64,000 bases of DNA from Oculina patagonica (GCF_052425735.1 NC_135764.1:6634001-6698000), one strand, 5' to 3'; shown: positions 31,161 to 45,769, numbered from the stretch's first letter. Program-made: numbers and translations. The notes: generated from the letters alone by a model not told the origin.

Positions 31161-32397
31161 TCATAACATCTCCAAAATGACGATAAGTGTAATGTGAAGA
31201 GACATCGCTATGGCAACACCTGCACTAGCACCGCTGACCACTTCGTGTTTGGTATCAAACTTCACTTGCGCCAGTTTTGGATAGTAATCATTCCAGAAAG
31301 CCATTCGCCGAGGAGCAAACGCCGCCGCCATCTTGGGATGAGCGTCAACTCGTAAGTAAGCTCTGTGACTGGAGTTATACCTCTCCCACATAACACCGCT
31401 GACTGGCTGTGGTGTTGGATCGCCGGTCTTGGCGAAGTTTGCGTACACTTCCATGATAAACAAACTGACGTTCCTGTCGGCTGCGTCATAATTAGAGGAA
31501 AGCCCAGGGAAGAACGGGACTCCAAAGTCGTAGAGCACGTTTTCAAAATGGGCCACACCCATCCACTCAGGGTAAATACTGGCCTTTACGGACCGGTGAG
31601 CAAACTCGTACATGTACACCGGCGCGTGCTGACTGTGAATATCGGCGACCTTGTGGCTTGCTGCGACAAAAACGTAATCACCGATGAGGTCCACAAGTTG
31701 GCTTCTTAGTGCGTATTTATTACTGTTGTCAGGCCATGGGGTGTACATAAACTCCATGGCATCTGTGATGAGCTCAGCGGTATCATTACTGAAGAACAGA
31801 AAGTGAACAGTTTGTTATTCGTTACTGCGTTCCGGAAAAAATAAAATAAACTAAAACATACAAAAACTATTTTCCTGCGAGTTAGATTAGGATTATTTTT
31901 GTTTGACGTGCCCAAAAACTTCACTGTCATTGTAACAGCAAAAATCCGAACAAACAAATAAACCAAGAAACAAACAGGCAGGCAGGCAGACAGACAGACA
32001 GACAATCAATAATAAATTAACAAGAGGGTTATTGCATATCCCACGAGAGGATGATCCTTCGAGTCGCTTTCTTGCTTTTAAAAATTGTAGCTCCTGTATT
32101 TAAGTTCTAAGTTACAATAAGCCACTTTATTTTGCCTAATTTTCAACTTAACATTAAACATTATTACAACATCATTACTGTTACATCAACCGTGGCGTTA
32201 TGCTGCAGCAAAGCACTGGAACATGCTACCTCGTGATATTCGTTCCATGGCAGGCTCAAAGGACTTTTTGAAAAAGATTAGACAAACTGATTTCAATGTT
32301 TAATAATTATATTTTATCGCTTTTAGATAGGATTTTTATATTTATATATATATATTTTTAGGAATCTTAATTTAGCTAGATGGTGTTGTTGTTGTTG

Positions 32398-32429
<32 letters not shown>

Positions 32430-34776
32430 CATTTTAAAATAGTCTGATGTGATACTTTTATACCCTTTGTTTTGATGTAAATACTTTTGTAAATACTAAA
32501 CTTTTAATCGTGGAGCACCTGTAAACTAGCTAACAGCTAAGTGTGTACTTTTTCCACGTTAAATAAAGTATGTATGTATGTATGTATGTAACCTTTCCTA
32601 CATTAATAGGTAAATAATACAGTCGAAGCTCTCGTAAGCGGACACCCTCGGGACGCGAAAAAAGTGTCCGTAACTGGAGCTGGCCGCTTACGAGAATGGT
32701 TCTCGTAAGCGGCCACCAGAGGTGTAGGGGATTGATGGCCGCTTACGGGGGCTTGCCCAGCTAACATAATGCCAATATGCATGTAAGTGGTGTTTCGAAA
32801 TGTAACCGGACGTGGATTATGACAAAACAAACACTGAAATATGGTTCTGTAATTACTGTAAAATAATTGTGACGAAAGGCGATGTGAAGTAGATTGATAA
32901 AAATAACATACAGAGGTTGTTAACAGGATTTTCTTTGGGGTGTCCGCTTACGGGAGCTTTAAAACAAAGAAAAAGTCTAAGTCGAAATCTCTGTAAGTGT
33001 CCGCGGCCGCTTACGGGAATGTCCGCTTACGAGAATGTAAAAATACAGAGTTTGTATGGGAGCGTAAAACGGGGTTTCAAACAAGGCGGCCGTAAGTAGA
33101 GCTGTCCGCTTACGAGAGTGTCCGTTAAGAGAGCTTCGACTGTAGTTCATATGTCAATTTGGCATGGAACATTACACCTGTGACATGCAGTATTACCCAC
33201 ATGACATGCAATATTTCAAGTGACGCGTGATATTACAGATGGAGCAAACAGTATATTTACGTGACACGCAATATTCACCTGTAACACGCAACAAGATGTA
33301 CGTGGTGGGAACACTTCACATATGACGTGCAATATTACACTTGTGATATGCAACATATCGTACTGAAAAGGCTATAATTTTTTATTAGAGCCCCAACTGC
33401 AACATTACACATATGACATACAAAATTAAAACTTCAACATGCAATAGTTCTGAGGCATTTGATATACAGTGTTATACTAAAAAAACAAACAAACAAAACA
33501 AAACAAAAACACGACACTGAAATGCAATATCATAAAATTGCCGTTTGATATCCGACGTCACACATAAAAATGACCGAGAAAAGGCTTGGCTAGTATGGCA
33601 AAGAAAAACAATCAAGATGTTAACTCACTTGAAATTTCGTGCATAGGAAAGCTTTGTTAGAAACTCCTTAAAGAATGACGGGCTCACGCCATTGTCCACA
33701 CTCTCTGTCATTCCTAGATACTTAGAGAGCTGCTCAACATCTGTTCCACCTTCATCACTGTTAAAGCTTATCATTAATTTCACTCTCGTGAACTCTCCAT
33801 TCTCACGAAGTTTCCGGGGAGTGTCAAAAAGAAAGTGCTTGTCTACAACTGGCGCCCACATGAGAACATCGATGAAGCCATGTTTGACCGCTTCAGCAGC
33901 TTTTTGAACTTCTGTGGCTTTTTTGTCGCGTATGCAGGCGACCATTGCACTGTGGCCGCTTGTAGCACAGTCCAGTTTCTGAGCAAGCTCTTTGGCATAA
34001 TGAATTCCATACTCAATAGGCTGAAAGGCGAGGAGGCATAAGTCCACCCCACTCTCTGCAATGGCTTGGTGAAAGAGTCCCTTCGATAGAGGGGACAGCA
34101 GAAGAAGGCCTACACTCTTTCCTCCGGCACTTTCTCCAAATATTGTAACCTTGTTGGGATTCCCGCCAAAATGTTCAATATTTTCTTTGACCCACTTGAG
34201 TGCTTCGATTTGATCCAACATTCCAAAATTCCCAGGGGCAGCAGAATCCCCGGTCGTCAAGAAACCAAATGGACCGAGACGATATTGGATAACAACTACT
34301 ACCACACCGTATAGAGCCAAAATATCGCTGTTAAATGTGACTGCTGTACCGCCTGCGAAAGCTCCACCGTGAATATAAACCATCACGGGTAAACTCATGG
34401 TGACATTCGGGGTGTAGACGTCGAGATACAAGCAATCCTCGCTATACGTGAAATTATAAGTCGAAGCCGTGTATCGTTTGAACAATTTTTCCCAGTGTTT
34501 TGGTTGGAAGCAACTGTCTCCATGCTTTTTCGTCTGCCGGATTTTCGGTTTCCATTCTTGTGGCGGTTTCGGTGGTCTTAGTCTGAGCTCTCCAATCGGC
34601 GGAGCGGCGAAAGGAACTCCAAGAAACTTGCTGACAGACTTGAACGGACCGGAGGCATTCGGGTATGATGCCACGAGACCTTCGATGTCTCCATACTTTG
34701 TTGACACTGTTACCGACTTGACAAGGGGCAAATATACACAAAATACGAATAAAGATGCTAGAAGCGTCGAAAACAT
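31161..34776 (-). CDS. Carboxylesterase type B copy 3 (exons 34776-33629, 31788-31161)
   Basis: GESAG, NSDEG, GVAHFE, intact frames, canonical splice sites. Confidence 0.9.
32620..33142. mobile_element. Tc1/mariner (pogo-like) MITE in intron of copy 3
   Basis: TIR CAGTCGAAGCTCTC...GAGAGCTTCGACTG, TA flanks, internal CCGCTTACG repeats. Confidence 0.88.
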
Positions 34777-35850
34777 GTTATTCTTCCCAATTTCCGTCCC
34801 CTTTCTAGACTTTCGCAAGGTCTTCGCTGCGACTTGAACTCAGCAAATGCGGCTAAACTACTGGCTGTCGGCTTGAAAGACTTGTATCCTGACCTTTGGC
34901 AAATAGACCTCAACGAAACGCTTAATTGAACTGCTGTGTTTATATTAAGTTTCAGGAGGAATGTGCGATCATGCATGTAACACGTGGAACAGGTAACACA
35001 CATGGAATATGGAAACAATACACAAAATGTGGATAACGTTGCTACTAGCGCGGAAAACATGTTATACATCGACAATTTTCGTTTGCTTTTGTGCGACTCA
35101 ATCTCAGTAAATTGAGCCGGATACCAATAAATTCTGACTAGCTTGAACTGATCTCTGGCAAGTACACGTTTTCACCATAGTTAGTAGAGTCCCCTCTACT
35201 AACTATGTTTTCACCAAAAGGTTTATTTAAACTGTTGTGTTTATATTAAGTTTCACCAGCCACCACAAATTTTATTATATTGTTCTTGTGTCAACATGCC
35301 TGTTGCCGGCTTTCTTAGGCAACCAAAGTCAGTGATTAAACAAACTTTTTCATTAACTTGTGTATTTTATTGCAATGACGGTGCCTTACTGTTGCGTATC
35401 ATTATTGTCACTGATTATTGTTGATAATTGTCACTTACATGGCCGCCGTATCGGTAAAAATGTCTATTATTTTGCGTCCCCCAACAGGTTATGTATCAGT
35501 CAATTCCAAGCGAGATCATCCCCCCGGCAAACCCCCGGGCCTTTGACTTTTTTCAAAATGCCTGATCAAATTCCTCACTATGTGGGCCAGTTGCACGGTC
35601 AAATACCCCACCAGTCAGTGCTGAAATATCATTGTGAGTCGGTTTTCTCGTTGGATTGCGGTCGTTTTGCCTGCGAGTATAGGTATATGAAGGGAAGGAA
35701 TACAGAATTCTCTTACATAAAGGTAAGTTCCTAGCGAGATTAGATATGTCACGCTTAGAACATCATTAAAATGAAGTGTAATGTGAAGCGACATCGCCAT
35801 GGCTACCCCAGCGCTAGCACCGCTGACCACTTCGTTTTTGGTAACAAACT

Positions 35851-38488
35851 TCACCTGTGCCAGTTTAGGATGAGCCAGTTTTTCTTCACCTGTGCCAGTT
35901 TTTTCCAAAAAGCCATTCGACGAGCAGCAAACGCCGCCGCCATCTTGGGCTGAGCATCAACTCGCAAGTAAGCTTTGTGACTGGTGTTGTACCTCTCCCA
36001 CGTAACACCGCTGACTGGTTGTGGTGTTGGATCGCCGGTCTTGGCGAAGTTTGCGTACACTTTCATGATAAACAAACTGACGTTCCTGTCGACTGCGTCA
36101 TAATTAGATGAAAGACCAGGAAAGAGCGGCACTCCAAAGTCGTAGAGCACGTTTTCAAAATGGGCCACACCCATCCACTCAGGGTAAATACTGGCCTTCT
36201 TGGACCGGTGAGCAAACTCGTACATGTACACCGGAGCATGTTGGCTATGAAAATCAGCGACCTCGTGAATTGGTCCGGTGTAATAACAGTCGCCGATAAG
36301 GTCCACAAGTTGGCTTCTTAGTGCGTATTTATCACTGTTGTCTGGCCATGGGGTGTACATGAACTCCAACGCTTCCGCAATGAGGTCAGCAACTTCTTTC
36401 CTAAACAAGAGAAAGGGATGAATTTGTTTTTACGTTGTGTCTAGTTGAATTTTTTAAACAACATATCCGTCTTAAAGGATTTTCTTGGATTTACTTCCTC
36501 GGATATTTTCATTTCCTGCAAGATTTCTTTTGTATCAGGGAAATTCGAGACCCTTTCTTAAATTAGCTGTGATCTGAAGCGAATCGTTCCCCGCAGGGAA
36601 GAGTTTTAATTTTTTGTCAGGCAAAATGCGTAACACAATTGTCATCATAGACGACAACACTTAAATATTGTGCTCAAGGATGGCCGACAAGATTTAATGG
36701 GAATTTGAATTATAACGATAATTAGTAGAGACTCAGCTGTGTTCTATTGGAAATCCGCGAATCTGATTGGTTCTCCCACTGTTTTCTATTCGCCGATAGA
36801 AAAACAGTCGCGCGCGCGTAGCTCTTTAAGCGGTAAATTTTCTTGATTTTTGTCTTCAAAATGCACAGTATTGTAGGTTTTGGACTGCAATCCTTTAGAG
36901 TTTCTACTAAACGATTAGACTAAAACGGCACAATAGCGCAACAAACAGCACATTATTATTGTTTCTTGCCCAGCTCTTACGTATGCGGAAATTATTTTGT
37001 CCCATACATGCAGTAACAGAATCTAAATGGTCCGCCCACAGGTGCCCCAACTTTATGATGTGAGGTTTGGAGGTGAGAGAATTTGCGAAATGCGATAATA
37101 GGAAAACAGTTTTGACCCGTAACGAAACCGTAGAGCTATTTTAACTGATATCTGCCCCCAGGCAAGGCAGACGGAACACAGATGGATTTTTACCGTTATT
37201 CCACGCCGCCGCATTGAAATAACTGGTGCAAATTCGCCCGTGTTCGTGAACGAGGCTAGCTAAACTAAGAGGCACTGATATTTCAGATTTAAGGAAAAAC
37301 TCCTGATTGCAAAATATCTACTCACCTACTATTTCGAGCACGGGCAAGCTCTGTTATGAATTCCTTGAACAGTGAAGGACTCACTCCATTTTCCACGCTC
37401 TCCGCCAGAGCAAAAGATGAATTCACCATATTACGAAAAGCACCAGCTCCCTCGTTACTGTTGTAGCTGATCATAAATTTTACCTTGTGGAAATTTCCAT
37501 CCTTTCGGAGATTCCTCGGCTGATCAAGAAGAAGTTTGCCGTCTACAACTGGTGCCCAACGATAGTAAATATAAAAGCGATAGCTTATTGTGTCAGCAGC
37601 TTTCTGTATTTCCGCGCCTTCTTTCTCACGTATGCAGTCGACCATTGCGTCATGGTCACTCGTAGTACAATCCAGCTTTTGAGCAAGCTCTTTAGCAAAC
37701 CGAAGACCATACGAAACTGGCTGAGTCGCAGAAGGCCTTAAATCTACCCCACTCTCTGCAATGGCTCGGTGAAAGAGTCCTTTCGATAGAGGCGACAACA
37801 GAAGGAGACCTACACTCATTCCGCCAGCGCTTTCTCCAGATATGGTCACCTTGTTGGGATTCCCGCCAAAATGTTCGATGTTTTCTTTGACCCACTTTAG
37901 TGCTTCGATTTGATCCAACATTCCAAGATTTCCAGGGGCCGCCGAGTCGCCGGTCGTCAAGAAACCAAGTGGACCGAGACGATACTGAATGACAACAACC
38001 ACCACACCGTACAAAGCCAAAATATCGCTGTTAAATGTGACTGCTGTACCGCCTGCGAAAGCTCCACCATGAATATAAACCATCACGGGTAAACTCAAGC
38101 TGACGTTCGGGGAGTAGACGTCGAGATACAAGCAATCTTCGCTATAAGTGAAATTATAAGTCGAAGCCGTGTATCGTTTGAAAATGTTTTCGAAGCGTTT
38201 AGGTTGGAAGCAAATGTTCCCATGTTTTTTCGCCGGGTGGATTTTCGGTTTCCACTCTTGTGGCGTCTGTGGTGGTCTCAGTCTGAGCTCTCCAATCGGC
38301 GGAGCGGCGAAAGGAACTCCAAGAAACTTGCTGACATCCTTGAACGAGGTATGGGGATTGGGCGAGTAGGAAACTACAAGACCTTCGATGTCTCCGTAGT
38401 TTGTTGACACTGTTACTGAGGTGACCAGAGGCAGAAATGCAAAGAATATGAAGAGGCTTTCAAGTAGCGTTGAAAACACAGAAAACAT
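35851..38488 (-). CDS. Carboxylesterase type B copy 4 (exons 38488-37326, 36400-35851), C-terminus frameshifted
   Basis: Triad intact (GESAG, NSNEG, GVAHFE). A net +23-nt templated insertion at 35874-35902 removes the hydrophobic tail. Confidence 0.82.
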
Positions 38489-39288
38489 GATTCTCTCTTG
38501 TAATCCTTCTGTTTGTGCGAGTCGGACTAAGTGTTCGCGAAATGCTAAGCTGTGAGCTATTTACATAACTAATACATTGTTCTATTGACCTTGCTCACGG
38601 TAGCCAATCAGTTTGCGTGTTTCCCAACAAGCCATATGTTCCTGAGCTCCTAATTATAAGCTCTTCGTGGTGAAATAAATTATGTCTTTGTCGAATTTTC
38701 GAGAAAATGCTTGAAGCTTATCAAAGAGTAGGAAAACGTTGAAAGGGGTAGGAAATGGCACCTGTTAATTTTTTTGTTCTCCGAAACTCTGGATCTGTTA
38801 CCGGAATCTCGAAAGGCTTTGCGATGAGCCACAAACTCTAGGTTTTGTGTGTTCGAGTTCTTCTCGAAGTCAAGAACAATTAAGGTCTCGCATCGTTTGT
38901 TTTTTTGATTTAAGTGTCTTTTTACAAATACCACAAAGATTGTATGAAATGTGTTCCAATTTTTTAACAAAAGATATCTTTCTTCGAGCGACACAGTCAA
39001 AGATGATTCGCTTCCCACTAAAGGGGGTGTGTGATCATTTTTAGTTTTGCAACTCTTTGAGTCCTGACTAAACCAACAGGAAGGCAAGTATTAACATACT
39101 TTCTTTATATAAATAAATTTTACGCTTCAGCGTTCTCTTAAAGCGAACTTGGATCACGCAAAAAGAAACCATTCAATCGAGACCGGACGAATCGCCCGAG
39201 GAATTCTAGATCTTCAGTCCAGTGAACAAACCAATAGGAAGCCAAACTGGGTGCTTAAGTTTGGTTTTACAGTTGAACCGGTTTTTAA

Positions 39289-39688
39289 CCCTTAATATGC
39301 TGAAATTATTCCTAAAAACGCGTTTTTTTACCGTTAATCGATTTTCTTGGCTCTACGGTCCAAAAGATCTCTAAATTCGCTAAAAATGCACTTTCTGACA
39401 ATGCAGGAAGATTTGGATGAAGTGTATGCCAGCCTGGGGACTTCTGCAGTGAAAAATGACTCCAAAAATGACTTATAAATACAAAACATGCCAAATCAAA
39501 GCCCAACAGCTCGCCTATGAAGAAAGCAACTGTCGACTACTGACGTCACAATAGAAATGTGAGCCCTCGGTGTTTCGAAACAGCAACAATTTTTACTTGA
39601 ACTTCTTATATGCAATCACGAAGGTCTACAGAATGTCTAAGCCAAGAAAAAACCTTTAAAAAGTCACAGAAACTTGGTAGTTAAAGGG
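39289..39688. mobile_element. piggyBac-like non-autonomous element
   Basis: TTAA|CCCTT...AAGGG|TTAA. The 3' ~150 bp is shared with 53105-53253. Confidence 0.72.
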
Positions 39689-40794
39689 TTAAAGCAATCC
39701 GCGAAATTAGGGTTTCATTACACTTGTAAAAATAAAATCTTAACAAGAGAAACAAAACATCAGAGCAACTTCGGTAAAGTTTTCATCGAAATCAAGCGCG
39801 GTCTCTGCCATTTTGTATTAATTCTCAGACGCGGGCCGGGAATTTGGAACGAGTGTTATAATTGGCCAGACACGGCAGGAGTGGCACAAGCGCAAGCACA
39901 AGTAAAGGAAAAATTTTGATTCTTGTACTTGTGCTTGCGCTAGTTCTTATTCCTGCGTCGAAGCCATTTTCATGGTAAAAACATAGGCACGCTTAGCGTG
40001 CAGGAGTTATTTTTTCAATTTATGGGGTGGCTTGGGGTGAAACTGGGTGATTGTCCTGTTGGGATGGTTTATGCCAAGGGTTGAGCTATTTGTGTATGGC
40101 AGCCCACGGAGTCACTTTTTGCACAAAATTTGCTTGCAAACAAAATAATTTTCACGTGCATTTTGATACATCAAAACTGTTTTATTCAATACGTAAATTT
40201 TCATCATTTAATTGAAAAAACAAAAACTAATTCAATTATCAAAATGTCACAAAATGGCACGTTCTTATTCTGTTTAAAGCGGTTATTTTGTTGCTAGCTT
40301 TCTAGTAACCATTTCCTTTCTTTTGTTTGTTACGGAATACTTTTGGCTTTTTGCCAAACACTGTAACATGATATTGTTGTTTTTCTCACTTTTGTAACAT
40401 GACACCTTTGTTTTTCAAAACGAACGTAACACGATACCCTTGTTTTTCTAGAAAAAAGCCACGTCTCCATATAGACATTGAACGAAAAGTACTATAATAA
40501 ACGAAGTAATAAACGAATCAAATCAAAAACCACTTTCTTCGGGAAAGTTCTTTAAAGCGCACTACACCTGGAGTAATTGTTTCCTGTCAGAACTGTTCAA
40601 CAAAGATTTTCGTTCATTCACAACGTAAATTCTATTCAACAAACAAGAACTAATTGAGTTATCGAATTGTCACGGAATGGCACGCTCTTAGTCTGTTTTT
40701 GCTATCGATCGTAGTTGCTTTTAACAGCAAAGTTAATACTTGTACCGGTTCATTAAATGTTTGAACGAGATGTTTTACAGTTGATTTTTATAGT

Positions 40795-41535
40795 TTACTT
40801 TTGCCGCCCGCTTTGCGAAGTTTGTTGGTAAATTGGAAACTCTGTTATGAAGTTGTCAATTACGTTGCGAGTTTTGCGAATATAATTGCGAACTTCGATA
40901 CAAAGTTCCTAACTTCGGCCCGACTGAACTTTTCAAGTTTGGTAGAGGAGAAACAAGACATGTTGCTCGAAAGTCAGCGATTTCTGAACTAGATGATTTT
41001 AGAACTGGTCAAGGAAGGTTCAAGTAGCTTGAAGTGCAAGACAACGTTTCGCATCTCAGATCACGCAAGTGATTTGCCGATAAATAAATTTTATGCATGT
41101 AGAAATTTGGTCAAATTTTAACTTTTCTGTATGAAAACACATATTTAACGATTTCTGTAAGGCATAATCTTCACTGTCTTCAATTTCAAGTCTTCTGCGT
41201 TTGTAAACCGGATGAAACTGGATGGTTTACCCATATATAAAATTGATTTTAATCGAAGCCGACGCGACGCGACAGGGAAGACTAATTTGCTCGAGACATG
41301 TTTACCGCTCGCGGAACATAAACTTTTTTCATTTTTATGACATTTGTTTCCAACAGTTTAGCGTAGCAAAGCCCTTTTTGATAACATAATTACAGAAGGT
41401 TTTAATAAATTCGGGCCGAAGTTGGGAACTTTGTATCGAAGCTCACAATTTGATTCGCGAACTCGCAACCTATTTGGCAACTTCGTAACAAACTTAATTT
41501 CCCAACGAACTTCGCAAAGCGGACGGCAAAAGTAA
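40795..41535. mobile_element. Non-autonomous DNA transposon with ~130-bp imperfect TIRs
   Basis: TTACTTTTGCCGCCCGCTTTGCGAAGTT...AACTTCGGCCCGA is mirrored at 41411-41535. Confidence 0.7.
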
Positions 41536-42354
41536 CGACAACATAATTCTTCAAATCTACATTGTGCAAATGTTATATGTAATTTTTACTACGGTCAGGA
41601 AAGCTAGCCTCTCCAAACGTACGCTCGAATAAGAAGAATAACAAGTTAGTGTTGGGCCTTTTGCTCACGGCGTGTGCGTTGTAAGTAGGGGAGCGTTACG
41701 AAAAACGTTTTTAATCCAGGGTTAATTCACAACTCACCAATTCCGCCTCCTACAAATCTAAAATCTTCGAACGAAATCGCTCACTACAACTGTGTCAGAT
41801 TGCTTCCCCCTTATAAACTACAATTTGATTGGTTCTGATAGTACCTGAAATCTGATTGGTGTGACAAACAAACATACTTCACTGACCCACTGACTGACTG
41901 ACTGAATGATTACACGGGAACATCATGCCGACTAAGAGCTATTTTTGAAAAAATAACTCAAAAAGAGATGACGTGATTCCGCTTGTGCTTGGGTCGCTAG
42001 TGAAAACAAGAAGCTACTGAAAAATGATTTTGAGCACTCGTGTTAACGATATGGGAAACTGACAGCAAGGAATATTCATACTAAGTAAAATCAGCTATAT
42101 TTTGCTGACTTTTTATTAAGACATGGGGTTATTTATAAAAGTTGGTCTAATTCATTTCATCTCAAACTAATTTGCATTTTACTCTATAGGCTACAGGATA
42201 TAATTCCATACACTTCGCATAGCTTATGTAAATGCGATTGATATTACAAAACGATAAATTGATATTCGATGTTACACGATATAAGTAATAATAGAAGGAA
42301 TACAGAGTTCTCTTACATGAAGTTCCTAGCGAGATTTAATAAAATATGTAACAC

Positions 42355-44834
42355 TCAGAGCATCCTCAAAATGATGATGAGTGAAATGAGAAGAGACATT
42401 GCCATGGCAACCCTAACGCTAGCACCACTGACCACTTCGTTTTTGGTATCAAACTTCACCTGTACCAGTTTAGGATGATAATCATTCCAGAAAGCCATTC
42501 GACGAGCAGCAAACAACGCCGCCATCTTGGGTTGAGCATCAACTCGCAGGTAAGCTCTGTGACTGGAGATGTACCTCTCCCACGTAACACCGCTGACTGG
42601 TTGTGGTGTTGGATCGCCGGTCTTGGCAAAGTTTGCGTACACTTCCATGATAAACAAACTGACGTTCCTGTCGACTGCGTCATAATTAGAGAAAAGACCA
42701 GGGAAGAATGGCACTCCAAAGTCGTAAAGCACGTTTTCAAAATGAGCCACACCCATCCACTCAGGGTAAATACTGGCCTTTACGGACCGGTGAGCAAACT
42801 CGTACATGTACACCGGAGCGTGTAGGCTGTGAAAATCAGCGACCTCGTGAATTGGTCCGGTGTAATAGCAGTCGCCAATGAGGTCCACAAGTTGGCTTCT
42901 CAGTGCGTATTTATCACTGTTGTCAGGCCATGGAGTGTACATGAACTCCAACGCGTCCGCAATGAGGTCAGCAACTTCTTTCCTAAACAAGAAAAGGGGT
43001 AAAATTGCTGTTATATTTAATTCGAGAACAACATATCGATCCGTCTGAAGGTGTTCCCTAAGATGCCTTATTTCCTCGTGAAAAGATAAGGGACGATAAG
43101 GACCGAAATTGATTGCCTAGTGCTTGATCTTCTAACCCCATTATCCCCCATCACCCCACAACCCCACCAATATGTCCCGGTTCTTACATTCCCCTTGAGG
43201 TGATTTGTACAGTCTTTATTTGTTTTGAGTCTCCTGATGTTCTGTGACTTTTCCCGGATGTTTCTGCTTGTTTCCGCACATTCTAAACTATTCCTTAGCG
43301 ACCACACGAATTTTTTGTCACGCGTAATGCGTAACACTATATTATGAACAATGGGTGGCTGGCGGCAAGGCTGCCTTAAAAGTTTTTTGATACAGTTTAA
43401 AAAAAATGTCAAATTATTTGATGGAAATTTGAATTATAACGGTAATCAGAAAACGGCACAACAGTAGTTTTTTTCCGCTGAATGCAACCGAATCGTAAAG
43501 CTACTTGTCCCCAAAGCTAAACAGTGGGGTCAGGAGGTAAGGAACTATTAAATACCGTGACCCTGCGAGCATGCATATGGTCAAATTCGGACGCTTTCAC
43601 AGGCTAACTAAGCTAAGACACGGCTGACATTTCAGATTGAAAGCAAATTACTTTACAAGATGTCAACTCACCCACTGTTACGAGCACGGGCAAGCTCTGT
43701 TATGAATTCCTTGAACAGTGAAGGACTCACTCCATTTTCCACGCTCTCCGCCAGAGCAAAAGATGAATTCACCATATTACGAAAAGCACCAGCTCCCTCG
43801 TTACTGTTGTAGCTGATCATAAATTTCACCTTGTGGAAATTTCCATCCTTTCGGAGATTCCTCGGCTGATCAAGAAGAAATTTGCCGTCTTCAACTGGCG
43901 CCCAACGATAGTAATTATAGAAGCGATAGCTTATTGTGTTAGCAGCTTTCTGTATTTCCGCGCCTTCTTTCTCACGTATGCAGTCGACCATTGCGTCATG
44001 GTCACTCGTAGTACAATCCAGCTTTTGAGCAAGCTCTTTAGCAAACCGAAGACCATACGAAACTGGCTGAGTCGCAGAAGGCCTTAAATCTACCCCACTC
44101 TCTGCAATGGCTCGGTGAAAGAGTCCCTTCGATAGAGGTGACAGTAGAAGGAGACCTACACTCATTCCGCCAGCGCTTTCTCCAGATATGGTCACCTTGT
44201 TGGGATTCCCGCCAAAATGTTCAATGTTTTCTTTGACCCACTTTAGTGCTTCGATTTGATCCAACATTCCAAGATTTCCAGGGGCCGCCGAGTCGCCGGT
44301 CGTCAAGAAACCAAGTGGACCGAGACGATACTGAATGACAACAACCACCACACCGTACAGAGCCAAAATATCGCTGTTAAATGTGATTGCTGTACCGCCT
44401 GCGAAAGCTCCACCATGAATATAAACCATCACGGGTAAACTCAAGCTGACGTTCGGGGAGTAGACGTCTAGATACAAGCAATCTTCGCTATAAGTGAAAT
44501 TATAAGTCGAAGTCGTGTATCGTTTGAAAAAGTTTTCGAAGCGTTTAGGTTGGAAGCAAATGTTCCCATGCTTTTTCGCCGGGCGAATTTTCGGTTTTCA
44601 CTCTTGTAGCGTCTGTGGTGGTTTTAGTCTGAGCTCTCCAATCGGTGGAGCGGCGAAAGGAACTCCTAGAAACTTGCTGACATCCTTGAACGAGGTATAG
44701 GCATTGGGCGGGTAGGAAACTACAAGACCTTCGATGTCTCCATACTTTGTTGACACTGTTACTGAGGAGACCAGAGGCAGCAATGCACAGAATATGGAGA
44801 AACCTTTTAGCAGGGTCGAAAACACAGAAAACAT
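42355..44834 (-). pseudogene. Carboxylesterase type B copy 5 with premature stop (exons 44834-43672, 42982-42355)
   Basis: Near-identical to copy 4, but TGG>TGA at 44598-44600 (QEW>QE*). The downstream frame is otherwise intact. Confidence 0.85.
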
Positions 44835-44947
44835 TATTCTCTCCAGGAATACTTCAGTTCGTGTGAGTCGAGATATATATGCGGTTCACACAACGTCGGT
44901 CTGTTTTCGAGTTGTGAGCTATTGATATAATAAGTACATTGTTCTAA

Positions 44948-45251
44948 CACAGGCAGACCACCCTATGTGTTCGTAGTTTATTATTGTTGTTGACATGAGA
45001 CGAACAAAAGAAATTTTAAAATCTATAAGGGCTACTGAAATAAAGCTCTGGAAATTACATATTTAAACTACATTTCGCTCTAAATATCTCAATTAAGTCA
45101 ACTTTATTGAGATATTTAGAGCGAAATGTAGTTTAGATATGTAATTTCCAGAGCTTTATTTTAGTAGCACTTATAGATTTCAAAATTTCTTTTGTTCGTC
45201 TCATGTCAACAACAATAATTAACTCCGAACACAAAGGGTGGTCTGCCTGTG
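44948..45251. mobile_element. Fold-back MITE (CA...TG termini, possibly P-element superfamily)
   Basis: 304-bp near-perfect palindrome flanked by GTTCTAA/GTTCTAT. The empty site CATTGTTCTATTGACC is present in the paralog at ~38575-38590. Confidence 0.88.
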
Positions 45252-45668
45252 GTTCTATTGACCTTGGAGGGCACTTGCACAAGGGCTATCCATTCAATTA
45301 GTTTGCGTGTTTTCCAACAGGCCAATTGTTAAAATCAATTGTTATTAGCGAAATTTCGAGAAAATGCTTGAAGCTGATCAAAGAGCAGTAAAACGTTAAG
45401 TCAGATGAGAGAATCAATCAATCAATCAATCAATCAACTTTATTAAAAGAGGGTAACGGCAAACAGTAAAAACTACTGACAAACAAGCGGCCCTCGGATT
45501 ACAAATTACAACTACATAATATATACAATTTAAAATTTGAATTAAGAATAAGCCGATGGTGCCTGTAAATTTTTTTTGGTTCTCCGAAACTCTTGATCTG
45601 TTCCCGAATCTCGAAAGGCTTTGCGAAAACTCTTGGTTTTGTGTGTTTGAGTTCATCTCGGAGTCACG

Positions 45669-45769
45669 AACAATTAAGGTCTCGCATCGTTTGTTTTTAG
45701 ATTAAAGTGTTCGTTCGTTCTGAACGAACACTTTAATCTAAAAACAAACGATGCGAGACCTTAATTGTT
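45669..45769. repeat. Perfect 48-bp-arm inverted duplication (hairpin)
   Basis: 45669-45716 pairs with 45722-45769. The paralog at ~38875-38925 has a single copy. Confidence 0.9.

Noticed and set aside
44598-44600. Selenocysteine or readthrough TGA in copy 5
   Set aside because: It aligns to a conserved Trp (TGG) in the paralogs. A simple G>A nonsense change is the parsimonious reading.
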